Part shown: in pieces, positions 13,501 to 25,500 of the stretch | Layout of the letters: the number at the start of each line of letters is the position of its first letter | How positions within the stretch are numbered: position 1 is the first letter of the stretch | From: Macrostomum lignano | Taxonomy: Eukaryota | Reading direction: 5' to 3' | NCBI GenBank assembly: GCA_002269645.1 | Contig: NIVC01002905.1 | Coordinates: 66,616 to 130,615 of the forward strand | DNA length: 64,000 nt | Translations under genes and position numbers: made by a program | Notes under the pieces: generated by a model | What the model was told of the DNA's origin: nothing | The model's input: the letters and a program-made list of their open reading frames with translations, nothing else | Database searches by the model: none

Positions 13501-16500
13501 AGTCACGAGAAGAGAGAGGGAAGAGTCACGAGAAGAGAGAGGAAAGAGTCACGAGAAGGGAGAGGAAAGAGTCACGAGAAGGGAGAGGAAAGAGTCACGA
13601 GAAGGGAGAGGAAAGAGTCACGAGAAGGGAGAGGAAAGAGTCACGAGAAGGGAGAGGGAAGAGACACGAGAAGGGAGAGGAGTCACGAGAAGGGAGAGGG
13701 AAGAGTCACGAGAAGGGAGAGGAAAGAGTCACGAGAAGGGAGAGGAAAGAGTCACGAGAATGGAGAGGAAAGAGTCACGAGAAGGGAGAGGAAAGAGTCA
13801 CGAGAAGGGAGAGGAAAGAGTCACGAGAAGAGAGAGGAAAGAGTCACGAGAAGGGAGAGGAAAGAGTCACGAGAAGGGAGAGGGAAGAGTCACGAGAAGG
13901 GAGAGGAAGAGTCACGAGAAGGGAGAGGAAAGAGTCACGAGAAGGGAGAGGGAGAGTCACGAGAAGGGAGAGGAAGAGTCACGAGAAGGGAGAGGAAGAG
14001 ACACGAGAAGAGAGAAGAAGATCACGAGAAGAGAGAGGAAGAGTCACGAGAAGGGAGAGGAAAGAGTCACGAGAAGGGAGAGGAAAGAGTCACGAGAAGA
14101 GAGAGGAAAGAGTCACGAGAAGGGAGAGGGAAGAGTCACGAGAAGGGAGAGGAAAGAGTCACTAGAAGGGAGAGGAAAGAGTCACGAGAAGGGAGAGGAA
14201 AGAGTCACGAGAAGGGAGAGGAAAGAGTCACGAGAAGAGAGAGGGAAGAGTCACGAGAAGAGAGAGGAAAGAGTCACGAGAAGGGAGAGGAAAGAGTCAC
14301 GAGAAGGGAGAGGAAAGAGTCACGAGAAGGGAGAGGAAAGAGTCACGAGAAGGGAGAGGAAAGAGTCACGAGAATGGAGAGGAAAGAGTCACGAGAAGAG
14401 AGAGGAAAGAGTCACGAGAAGGGAGAGGAAAAAGTCACGAGAAGAGAGAGGAAAGAGTCACGATAAGAGAGAGGAAAGAGTCACGATAAGAGAGAGGAAA
14501 GAGTCACGAGAAGAGAGAGGGAAGAGTCACGAGAAGAGAGAGGGAAGAGTCACGATAAGAGAGAGGAAAGAGTCACGAGAAGGGAGAGGAAAGAGTCACG
14601 AGAAGAGAGAGGGAAGAGTCACGATAAGAGAGAGGAAAGAGTCACGAGAAGGGAGAGGGAAGATTCACGAGAAGGGAGAGGAAAGAGTCACGAGAAGAGA
14701 GTGGGAAGAGTCACGAGAAGGGAGAGGAAAGAGTCACGAGAAGGGAGAGGAAAGAGTCACGAGAAGGGAGAGGAAGAGTCACGAGAAGGGAGAGGAAGAG
14801 TCACGAGAAGGGAGAGGAAAGACACGAGAAGGGAGAGGAGTCACGAGAAGGGAGAGGGAAGAGTCACGAGAAGGGAGAGGAAAGAGTCACGAGAAGGGAG
14901 AGGAAAGAGTCACGAGAATGGAGAGGAAAGAGTCACGAGAAGGGAGAGGAAAGAGTCACGAGAAGGGAGAGGAAAGAGTCACGAGAAGAGAGAGGAAAGA
15001 GTCACGAGAAGGGAGAGGAAAGAGTCACGAGAAGGGAGAGGAAGAGTCACGAGAAGGGAGAGGGAAGAGTCACGAGAAGGGAGAGGAAAGAGTCACGAGA
15101 AGGGAGAGGGAGAGTCACGAGAAGGGAGAGGAAGAGTCACGAGAAGGGAGAGGAAGAGACACGAGAAGAGAGAGAAGATCACGAGAAGAGAGAGGAAGAG
15201 TCACGAGAAGGGAGAGGAAAGAGTCACGAGAAGGGAGAGGAAAGAGTCACGAGAAGAGAGGAAAGAGTCACGAGAAGGGAGAGGAAGAGTCACGAGAAGG
15301 GAGAGGAAAGAGTCACGAGAAGGGAGAGGAAAGAGTCACGAGAAGGGAGAGGAAAGAGTCACGAGAAGGGAGAGGAAAGAGTCACGAGAAGGGAGAGGAA
15401 AGAGTCACGAGAAGGGAGAGGAAAGAGTCACGAGAAGGGAGAGGAAAAGTCACGAGAAGAGAGAGGAAAGAGTCACGAGAAGAGAGAGGAAAGAGTCACG
15501 AGAAGGGAGAGGAAAGAGTCACGAGAAGGGAGAGGAAAGAGTCACGAGAAGAGAGAGGAAAGAGTCACGAGAAGGGAGAGGAAAGAGTCACGAGAAGGGA
15601 GAGGAAGAGTCACGAGAAGAGAGAGGAAGAGTCACGAGAAGAGAGAGGAAAGAGTCACGAGAAGGGAGAGGAAGAGTCACGAGAAGGAGAGGAAAGAGTC
15701 ACGAGAAGAGAGGAAAGAGTCACGAGAAGGGAGAGGAAAGAGTCACGAGAAGAGAGAGGAAGAGTCACGAGAAGAGAGAGGAAAGAGTCACGAGAAGGGA
15801 GAGGAAAGAGTCACGAGAAGGAGAGGAAAGAGTCACGAGAAGAGAGAGGAAAGAGTCACGAGAAGGGAGAGAGTCACGAGAAGGGAGAGGAAGAGTCACG
15901 AGAAGGGAGAGGAAAGACACGAGAAGGGAGAGGAGTCACGAGAAGGGAGAGGAAGAGTCACGAGAAGGGAGAGGAAAGAGTCACGAGAAGGGAGAGGAAA
16001 GAGTCACGAGAATGGAGAGGAAAGAGTCACGAGAAGGGAGAGGAAAGAGTCACGAGAAGGGAGAGGAAAGAGTCACGAGAAGAGAGAGGAAAGAGTCACG
16101 AGAAGGGAGAGGAAAGAGTCACGAGAAGGGAGAGGAAGAGTCACGAGAAGGGAGAGGAAGAGTCACGAGAAGGGAGAGGAAAGAGTCACGAGAAGGGAGA
16201 GGAGAGTCACGAAAGGGAGAGGAAGAGTCACGAGAAGGGAGAGGAAGAGTCACGAGAAGAGAGAAGAGTCACGAGAAGGGAGAGGAAGAGTCACGAGAAG
16301 GGAGAGGAAAGAGTCACGAGAAGGGAGAGGAAAGAGTCACGAGAAGGAGAGGAAAGAGTCACGAGAAGGGAGAGGAAAGAGTCACGAGAAGGGAGAGGAA
16401 AGAGTCACGAGAAGGGAGAGGAAAGAGTCACGAGAAGGGAGAGGAAAGAGTCACGAGAAGGGAGAGGAAAGAGTCACGAGAAGGGAGAGGAAAGAGTCAC

Positions 16501-19500
16501 GAGAAGAGAGAGGAAAGAGTCACGAGAAGGGAGAGGAAGAGTCACGAGAAGGGAGAGGAAGAGTCACGAGAAGAGAGAGGAAGAGTCACGAGAAGGGAGA
16601 GGAGTCACGAGAAGGGAGAGGGAAGAGTCACGAGAAGGGAGAGGAAAGAGTCACGAGAAGGGAGAGGAAAGAGTCACGAGAATGGAGAGGAAAGAGTCAC
16701 GAGAAGGGAGAGGAAAGAGTCACGAGAAGGGAGAGGAAAGAGTCACGAGAAGAGAGAGGAAAGAGTCACGAGAAGGGAGAGGAAGAGTCACGAGAAGGGA
16801 GAGGAAGAGTCACGAGAAGGGAGAGGAAGAGTCACGAGAAGGGAGAGGAAAGAGTCACGAGAAGGGAGAGGAGAGTCACGAGAAGGGAGAGGAAGAGTCA
16901 CGAGAAGGGAGAGGAAAGACACGAGAAGGAGAGAAAGATCACGAGAAGGGAGAGGAAGAGTCACGAGAAGGGAGAGGAAAGAGTCACGAGAAGAGAGAGG
17001 AAAGAGTCACGAGAAGAGAGAGGAAAGAGTCACGAGAAGAGAGAGGAAAGAGTCACGAGAAGGAGAGGAAAGAGTCACGAGAAGAGAGAGGAAGAGTCAC
17101 GAGAAGAGAGAGGAAAGAGTCACGAGAAGGGAGAGGAAAGAGTCACGAGAAGGAGAGGAAGAGTCACGAGAAGAGAGAGGAAAGAGTCACGAGAAGGGAG
17201 AGGGAAGATTCACGAGAAGGGAGAGGAAAGAGTCACGAGAAGAGAGTGGGAAGAGTCACGAGAAGGGAGAGGAAAGAGTCACGAGAAGGGAGAGGAAAGA
17301 GTCACGAGAAGGGAGAGGAAAGAGTCACGAGAAGGGAGAGGAAAGAGTCACGAGAAGGGAGAGGAAGAGTCACGAGAAGGGAGAGGGAAGAGTCACGAGA
17401 AGGGAGAGGAAAGAGTCACGAGAAGGGAGAGAAGAGTCACGAGAAGGAGAGGAAGAGTCACGAGAAGGGAGAGGAAAGAGTCACGAGAAGGGAGAGGAGT
17501 CACGAGAAGGGAGAGGAAGAGTCACGAGAAGGGAGAGGAAAGAGTCACGAGAAGGGAGAGGAGAGTCACGAGAAGGAGAGGAAGAGTCACGAGAAGGGAG
17601 AGGAAAGAGTCACGAGAAGGGAGAGGAAAGAGTCACGAGAATGGAGAGGAAAGAGTCACGAGAAGGGAGAGGAAAGAGTCACGAGAAGGGAGAGGAAAGA
17701 GTCACGAGAAGAGAGAGGAAAGAGTCACGAGAAGGGAGAGGAAAGAGTCACGAGAAGGGAGAGGGAAGAGTCACGAGAAGGGAGAGGGAAGAGTCACGAG
17801 AAGGGAGAGGAAAGAGTCACGAGAAGAGAGGAGAGTCACGAGAAGGGAGAGGAAGAGTCACGAGAAGGGAGAGGAAAGAGTCACGAGAAGAGAGAGAAGA
17901 GTCACGAGAAGAGAGAGGAAGAGTCACGAGAAGGGAGAGGAAGAGTCACGAGAAGAGAGAGGAAAGAGTCACGAGAAGGGAGAGGAAAGAGTCACGAGAA
18001 GGGAGAGGAAAGTCACGAGAAGGGAGAGGAAAGAGTCACGAGAAGGGAGAGGAAAGAGTCACGAGAAGGGAGAGGAAAGAGTCACGAGAAGGGAGAGGAA
18101 AGAGTCACGAGAAGGGAGAGGAAAGAGTCACGAGAAGAGAGAGGAAAGAGTCACGAGAAGGGAGAGGAAAGAGTCACGAGAAGAGAGAGGAAAGAGTCAC
18201 GATAAGAGAGAGGAAAGAGTCACGAGAAGGGAGAGGAAAGAGTCACGAGAAGGGAGAGGAAAGAGTCACGAGAAGAGAGAGGAAGAGTCACGAGAAGAGA
18301 GGAAAGAGTCACGAGAAGGGAGAGGAAGAGTCACGAGAAGGAGAGGAAGAGTCACGAGAAGAGAGAGGAAAGAGTCACGAGAAGGGAGAGGAAAGAGTCA
18401 CGAGAAGGAGAGGGAAGAGTCACGAGAAAGAGAGGAAAGAGTCACGAGAAGGGAGAGGAAAGAGTCACGAGAAGAGAGAGGAAAGAGTCACGAGAAGAGA
18501 GAGGAAAGAGTCACGAGAAGGGAGAGGAAAGAGTCACGAGAAGGAGAGGAAGAGTCACGAGAAGGGAGAGGAAAGAGTCACGAGAAGGGAGAGGAGAGTC
18601 ACGAGAAGGGAGAGGAAGAGTCACGAGAAGGGAGAGGAAAGAGTCACGAGAAGGGAGAGGAGAGTCACGAGAATGGAGAGGAAAGAGTCACGAGAAGGGA
18701 GAGGAAAGAGTCACGAGAAGGGAGAGGAAAGAGTCACGAGAAGAGAGAGGAAAGAGTCACGAGAAGGGAGAGGAAAGAGTCACGAGAAGGGAGAGGAAAG
18801 AGTCACGAGAAGGAGAGGAAAGAGTCACGAGAAGGGAGAGGAAAGAGTCACGAGAAGGGAGAGGAAGAGTCACGAGAAGGGAGAGGAAGAGTCACGAGAA
18901 GGGAGAGGAAGAGACGAGAAGAGAGACAGAGTCACGAGAAGGGAGAGGGAAGAGTCACGAGAAGGGAGAGGAAAGAGTCACGAGAAGGGAGAGGGAAGAG
19001 TCACGAGAAGAGAGAGGAAGAGTCACGAGAAGGGAGAGGAAGAGTCACGAGAAGGGAGAGGAAAGAGTCACGAGAAGGGAGAGGAAAGAGTCACGAGAAG
19101 GGAGAGGAAAGAGTCACGAGAAGGAGAGGAAAGAGTCACGAGAAGGAGAGGAAAGAGTCACGAGAAGGAGAGGAAAGAGTCACGAGAAGGGAGAGGAAAG
19201 AGTCACGAGAAGGAGAGGAAAGAGTCACGAGAAGAGAGAGGAAGAGTCACGAGAAGGAGAGGAGTCACGAGAAGGGAGAGGAAGAGTCACGAGAAGGGAG
19301 AGGAAAGAGTCACGAGAAGGGAGAGGAAAGAGTCACGAGAAGGAGAGGAAAGAGTCACGAGAAGGGAGAGGAAAGAGTCACGAGAAGGGAGAGGAAAGAG
19401 TCACGAGAAGGAGAGGAAAGAGTCACGAGAAGGGAGAGGAAAGAGTCACGAGAAGGGAGAGGAAAGAGTCACGAGAAGGAGAGGAAGAGTCACGAGAAGG

Positions 19501-22500
19501 GAGAGGAAAGAGTCACGAGAAGGGAGAGGGAAGAGTCACGAGAAGGGAGAGGAAGAGTCACGAGAAGGGAGAGGAAGAGTCACGAGAAGGAGAGGAAGAG
19601 TCACGAGAAGGGAGAGGAAGAGTCACGAGAAGGGAGAGGAAAGAGTCACGAGAAGGAGAGAAGAGTCACGAGAAGAGAGAGAAAGAGTCACGAGAAGGGA
19701 GAGGAAGAGTCACGAGAAGGGAGAGGAAAGAGTCACGAGAAGGGAGAGGAAAGAGTCACGAGAAGGGAGAGGAAAGAGTCACGAGAAGGGAGAGGAAAGA
19801 GTCACGAGAAGGGAGAGGAAAGAGTCACGAGAAGGGAGAGGAAAGAGTCACGAGAAGGGAGAGGAAAGAGTCACGAGAAGAGAGGAAAGAGTCACGAGAA
19901 GGGAGGAAAGAGTCACGAGAAGGGAGAGGAAAGAGTCACGAGAAGGGAGAGGAAAGAGTCACGAGAAGAGAGAGGAAAGAGTCACGAGAAGGGAGAGGAA
20001 AGAGTCACGAGAAGGGAGAGGAAAGAGTCACGAGAAGAGAGAGGAAAGAGTCACGAGAAGAGAGGAAAGAGTCACGAGAAGGGAGAGGAAGAGTCACGAG
20101 AAGGAGAGGAAAGAGTCACGAGAAGAGAGAGGAAAGAGTCACGAGAAGGAGAGGAAAGAGTCACGAGAAGAGAGAGGAAAGAGTCACGAGAAGAGAGAGG
20201 AAAGAGTCACGAGAAGGGAGAGGAAAGAGTCACGAGAAGGAGAGGAAAGAGTCACGAGAAGAGAGAGGAAAGAGTCACGAGAAGGGAGAGGAAAGAGTCA
20301 CGAGAAGGAGAGGAAAGAGTCACGAGAAGAGAGGAAAGAGTCACGAGAAGGAGAGGAAAGAGTCACGAGAAGGGAGAGGAAAGAGTCACGAGAAGAGAGA
20401 GGAAAGAGTCACGAGAAGGGAGAGGAAAGAGTCACGAGAAGGAGAGGAAAGAGTCACGAGAAGGAGAGGAAAGAGTCACGAGAAGGAGAGGAAAGAGTCA
20501 CGAGAAGGAGAGGAAAGAGTCACGAGAAGGGAGAGGAAGAGTCACGAGAAGGAGAGGAAAGAGTCACGAGAAGGAGAGGAAAGAGTCACGAGAAGGAGAG
20601 GAAAGAGTCACGAGAAGGGAGAGGAAAGAGTCACGAGAAGGGAGAGGAAAGAGTCACGAGAAGGGAGAGGAAAGAGTCACGAGAAGGGAGAGGAAAGAGT
20701 CACGAGAAGGGAGAGGAAAGAGTCACGAGAAGGGAGAGGAAAGAGTCACGAGAAGGAGAGGAAAGAGTCACGAGAAGAGAGGAAAGAGTCACGAGAAGGG
20801 AGAGGAAAGAGTCACGAGAAGGAGAGGAAAGAGTCACGAGAAGAGAGGAAAGAGTCACGAGAAGGGAGAGGAAAGAGTCACGAGAAGGAGAGGAAAGAGT
20901 CACGAGAAGGAGAGGAAGAGTCACGAGAAGGGAGAGGAGTCACGAGAAGGAGAGGAAGAGTCACGAGAAGGGAGAGGAAAGAGTCACGAGAAGGGAGAGG
21001 AAAGAGTCACGAGAAGGGAGAGGAAGAGTCACGAGAAGGGAGAGGAAAGAGTCACGAGAAGGGAGAGGAAAGAGTCACGAGAAGGAGAGGAAAGAGTCAC
21101 GAGAAGGGAGAGGAAAGAGTCACGAGAAGGGAGAGGAAAGAGTCACGAGAAGGGAGAGGAAAGAGTCACGAGAAGGGAGAGGAAAGAGTCACGAGAAGGG
21201 AGAGGAAGAGTCACGAGAAGGGAGAGGAAGAGTCACGAGAAGGGAGAGGAAGAGTCACGAGAAGGGAGAGAAGATCACGAGAAGGGAGAGGAAGAGTCAC
21301 GAGAAGGGAGAGGAAAGAGTCACGAGAAGGGAGAGGAAGAGTCACGAGAAGAGAGAGGAAAGAGTCACGAGAAGGGAGAGGAAGAGTCACGAGAAGGGAG
21401 AGGAAAGAGTCACGAGAAGGAGAGGAAAGAGTCACGAGAAGGGAGAGGAAAGAGTCACGAGAAGGAGAGGAAAGAGTCACGAGAAGGGAGAGGAAAGAGT
21501 CACGAGAAGGGAGAGGAAAGAGTCACGAGAAGGGAGAGGAAAGTCACGAGAAGGAGAGGAAAGAGTCACGAGAAGAGAGAGGAAAGAGTCACGAGAAGGG
21601 AGAGGAAGTCACGAGAAGGGAGAGGAAGAGTCACGAGAAGGAGAGGAAAGAGTCACGAGAAGGGAGAGGAAGAGTCACGAGAAGGGAGAGGAAAGAGTCA
21701 CGAGAAGGGAGAGGAAAGAGTCACGAGAAGGAGAGGAAAGAGTCACGAGAAGGAGAGGAAAGAGTCACGAGAAGGGAGAGGAAAGAGTCACGAGAAGGGA
21801 GAGGAAAGAGTCACGAGAAGGAGAGGAAAGAGTCACGAGAAGGGAGAGGAAAGAGTCACGAGAAGGGAGAGGAAGAGTCACGAGAAGGGAGAGGAAAGAG
21901 TCACGAGAAGGGAGAGGAAGAGTCACGAGAAGGGAGAGGAAAGAGTCACGAGAAGGGAGAGGGAAGAGTCACGAGAAGGGAGAGGAAAGACACGAGAAGG
22001 GAGAGGAAAGAGTCACGAGAAGAGGAGAGGAAAGAGTCACGAGAAGGGAGAGGAAAGAGTCACGAGAAGGGAGGAAAGAGTCACGAGAAGGAGAGGAAAG
22101 AGTCACGAGAAGGGAGAGGAAAGAGTCACGAGAAGGGAGAGGAAAGAGTCACGAGAAGGGAGAGGAAAGAGTCACGAGAAGGGAGGGAAAGAGTCACGAG
22201 AAGGGAGAGGAAAGAGTCACGAGAAGGGAGAGGAAAGAGTCACGAGAAGGGAGAGGAAAGAGTCACGAGAAGGGAGAGGAAAGAGTCACGAGAAGGGAGA
22301 GGAAAGAGTCACGAGAAGAGAGAGGAAAGAGTCACGAGAAGGGAGAGGAAAGAGTCACGAGAAGGGAGAGGAAAGAGTCACGAGAAGGAGAGGAAAGAGT
22401 CACGAGAAGAGAGAGGAAAGAGTCACGAGAAGGGAGAGGAAGAGTCACGAGAAGGAGAGGAAAGAGTCACGAGAAGAGAGAGGAAAGAGTCACGAGAAGG

Positions 22501-25500
22501 GAGAGGAAAGAGTCACGAGAAGGGAGAGGAAAGAGTCACGAGAAGGAGAGGAAAGAGTCACGAGAAGAGAGAGGAAAGAGTCACGAGAAGGAGAGGAAAG
22601 AGTCACGAGAAGAGAGAGGAAAGAGTCACGAGAAGAGAGAGGAAAGAGTCACGAGAAGGAGAGGAAAGAGTCACGAGAAGGAGAGGAAAGAGTCACGAGA
22701 AGAGAGAGGAAAGAGTCACGAGAAGAGAGGAAGAGTCACGAGAAGAGAGGAAAGAGTCACGAGAAGGAGAGGAAAGAGTCACGAGAAGGGAGAGGAAAGA
22801 GTCACGAGAAGGAGAGGAAAGAGTCACGAGAAGGAGAGGAAAGAGTCACGAGAAGGGAGAGGAAGAGTCACGAGAAGGGAGAGGAAGAGTCACGAGAAGG
22901 GAGAGGAAGAGTCACGAGAAGGGAGAGGAAAGAGTCACGAGAAGGGAGAGGAAGAGTCACGAGAAGGGAGAGGGAAGAGTCACGAGAAGGGAGAGGAAGA
23001 GTCACGAGAAGGGAGAGGAAGAGTCACGAGAAGAGAGAGGAAGAGTCACGAGAAGGGAGAGGAAGAGTCACGAGAAGGGAGAGGAAAGAGTCACGAGAAG
23101 GGAGAGGAAAGAGTCACGAGAAGGGAGAGGAAAGAGTCACGAGAAGGGAGAGGAAAGAGTCACGAGAAGGGAGAGGAAAGAGTCACGAGAAGGAGAGGAA
23201 AGAGTCACGAGAAGGGAGAGGAAAGAGTCACGAGAAGGGAGAGGAAAGAGTCACGAGAAGGAGAGAGGAAGAGTCACGAGAAGAGAGGAAAGAGTCACGA
23301 GAAGGGAGGAGTCACGAGAAGGGAGAGGAAGAGTCACGAGAAGAGAGAGGAAGAGTCACGAGAAGGGAGAGGAAAGAGTCACGAGAAGGGAGAGGAAGAG
23401 TCACGAGAAGGGAGAGGAAAGAGTCACGAGAAGGGAGAGGAAAGAGTCACGAGAATGGAGAGGAAAGAGTCACGAGAAGGGAGAGGAAAGAGTCACGAGA
23501 AGGGAGAGGAAAGAGTCACGAGAAGAGAGAGGGAAGAGTCACGAGAAGGGAGAGGAAGAGTCACGAGAAGGGAGAGGGAAGAGTCACGAGAAGGGAGAGG
23601 AAGAGTCACGAGAAGGGAGAGGAAAGAGTCACGAGAAGGGAGAGGGGAGAGTCACGAGAAGGGAGAGGAAGAGTCACGAGAAGGAGAGGAAAGAGTCACG
23701 AGAAGGGAGAGGAAGAGACACGAGAAGAGAGACAGAAGATACACGAGAAGGGAGAGGGAAGAGTCACGAGAAGGGAGAGGAAAGAGTCACGAGAAGGGAG
23801 AGGAAAGAGTCACGAGAAGAGAGAGGAAAGAGTCACGAGAAGGGAGAGGAAAGAGTCACGAGAAGGGAGAGGAAAGAGTCACTAGAAGGGAGAGGAAAGA
23901 GTCACGAGAAGGGAGAGGAAAGAGTCACGAGAAGGGAGAGGAAAGAGTCACGAGAATGGAGAGGAAAGAGTCACGAGAAGGGAGAGGAAAGAGTCACGAG
24001 AAGGGAGAGGAAAAGTCACGAGAAGAGAGAGGAAAGAGTCACGATAAGAGAGAGGAAAGAGTCACGAGAAGGGAGAGGAAAGAGTCACGAGAAGGGAGAG
24101 GAAAGTCACGATAAGAGAGAGGAAAGAGTCACGAGAAGGGAGAGGAAAGAGTCACGAGAAGGGAGAGGAAAGTGTCACGAGAAGAGAGAGGAAGAGTCAC
24201 GATAAGAGAGGAAAGAGTCACGAGAAGGGAGAGGAAGAGTCACGAGAAGGAGAGGAAAGAGTCACGAGAAGAGAGAGGAAAGAGTCACGAGAAGGGAGAG
24301 GAAAGAGTCACGAGAAGAGAGAGGAAAGAGTCACGAGAAGAGAGAGGAAAGAGTCACGAGAAGGGAGAGGAAAGAGTCACGAGAAGAGAGAGGAAAGAGT
24401 CACGAGAAGAGAGAGGAAAGAGTCACGAGAAGAGGAGAGGAAGAGTCACGAGAAGGGAGAGGAAAGAGTCACGAGAAGAGAGAGGAAAGAGTCACGAGAA
24501 GGGAGAGGAAAGAGTCACGAGAAGAGAGGAAAGAGTCACGATAAGAGAGAGGAAAGAGTCACGAGAAGGAGAGGAAAGAGTCACGAGAAGGAGAGGAAAG
24601 AGTCACGAGAAGAGAGAGGAAAGAGTCACGAGAAGAGGAGAGGAAGAGTCACGAGAAGGGAGAGGAAAGAGTCACGAGAAGAGAGAGGAAGAGTCACGAG
24701 AAGGAGAGGAAAGAGTCACGAGAAGGGAGAGGAAAGAGTCACGAGAAGGGAGAGGAAAGAGTCACGAGAAGGGAGAGGAAAAAGTCACGAGAAGAGAGAG
24801 GAAAGAGTCACGATAAGAGAGAGGAAAGAGTCACGAGAAGGGAGAGGAAAGAGTCACGAGAAGGGAGAGGAAAGAGTCACGAGAAGAGAGAGGGAAGAGT
24901 CACGATAAGAGAGAGGAAAGAGTCACGAGAAGGGAGAGGAAAGAGTCACGAGAAGAGAGAGGAAAGAGTCACGAGAAGGGAGAGGAAAGAGTCACGAGAA
25001 GGGAGAGGAAAGAGTCACGAGAAGAGAGAGGAAAGAGTCACGAGAAGAGAGAGGAAAGAGTCACGAGAAGGGAGAGGAAGAGTCACGAGAAGGGAGAGGA
25101 AAGAGTCACGAGAAGAGAGAGGAAAGAGTCACGAGAAGGGAGAGGAAAGAGTCACGAGAAGGAGAGGAAAGAGTCACGAGAAGAGAGAGGAAAGAGTCAC
25201 GAGAAGGGAGAGGAAAGAGTCACGAGAAGGGAGAGGAAAGAGTCACGAGAAGAGAGAGGAAAGAGTCACGAGAAGGGAGAGGGAAGAGTCACGAGAAGGG
25301 AGAGGAAAGAGTCACGAGAAGAGAGAGGGAAGAGTCACGAGAAGGGAGAGGAAAGAGTCACGAGAAGGAGAGAAAGAGTCACGAGAAGGGAGAGGAAGAG
25401 TCACGAGAAGGGAGAGGAAAGAGTCACGAGAAGGGAGAGGAAAGAGTCACGAGAAGAGAGAGGAAGAGTCACGAGAAGGGAGAGGAAAGAGTCACGAGAA

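Noticed and set aside
12918-24816. Giant ORFs (415, 1610, 3137 and 214 aa; RREK-rich)
   Set aside because: They lie wholly in the T-poor 23-mer satellite within a P2X intron. Stops are nearly impossible by composition, the 3137-aa ORF starts at GTG, and the peptides are pure translations of the repeat.
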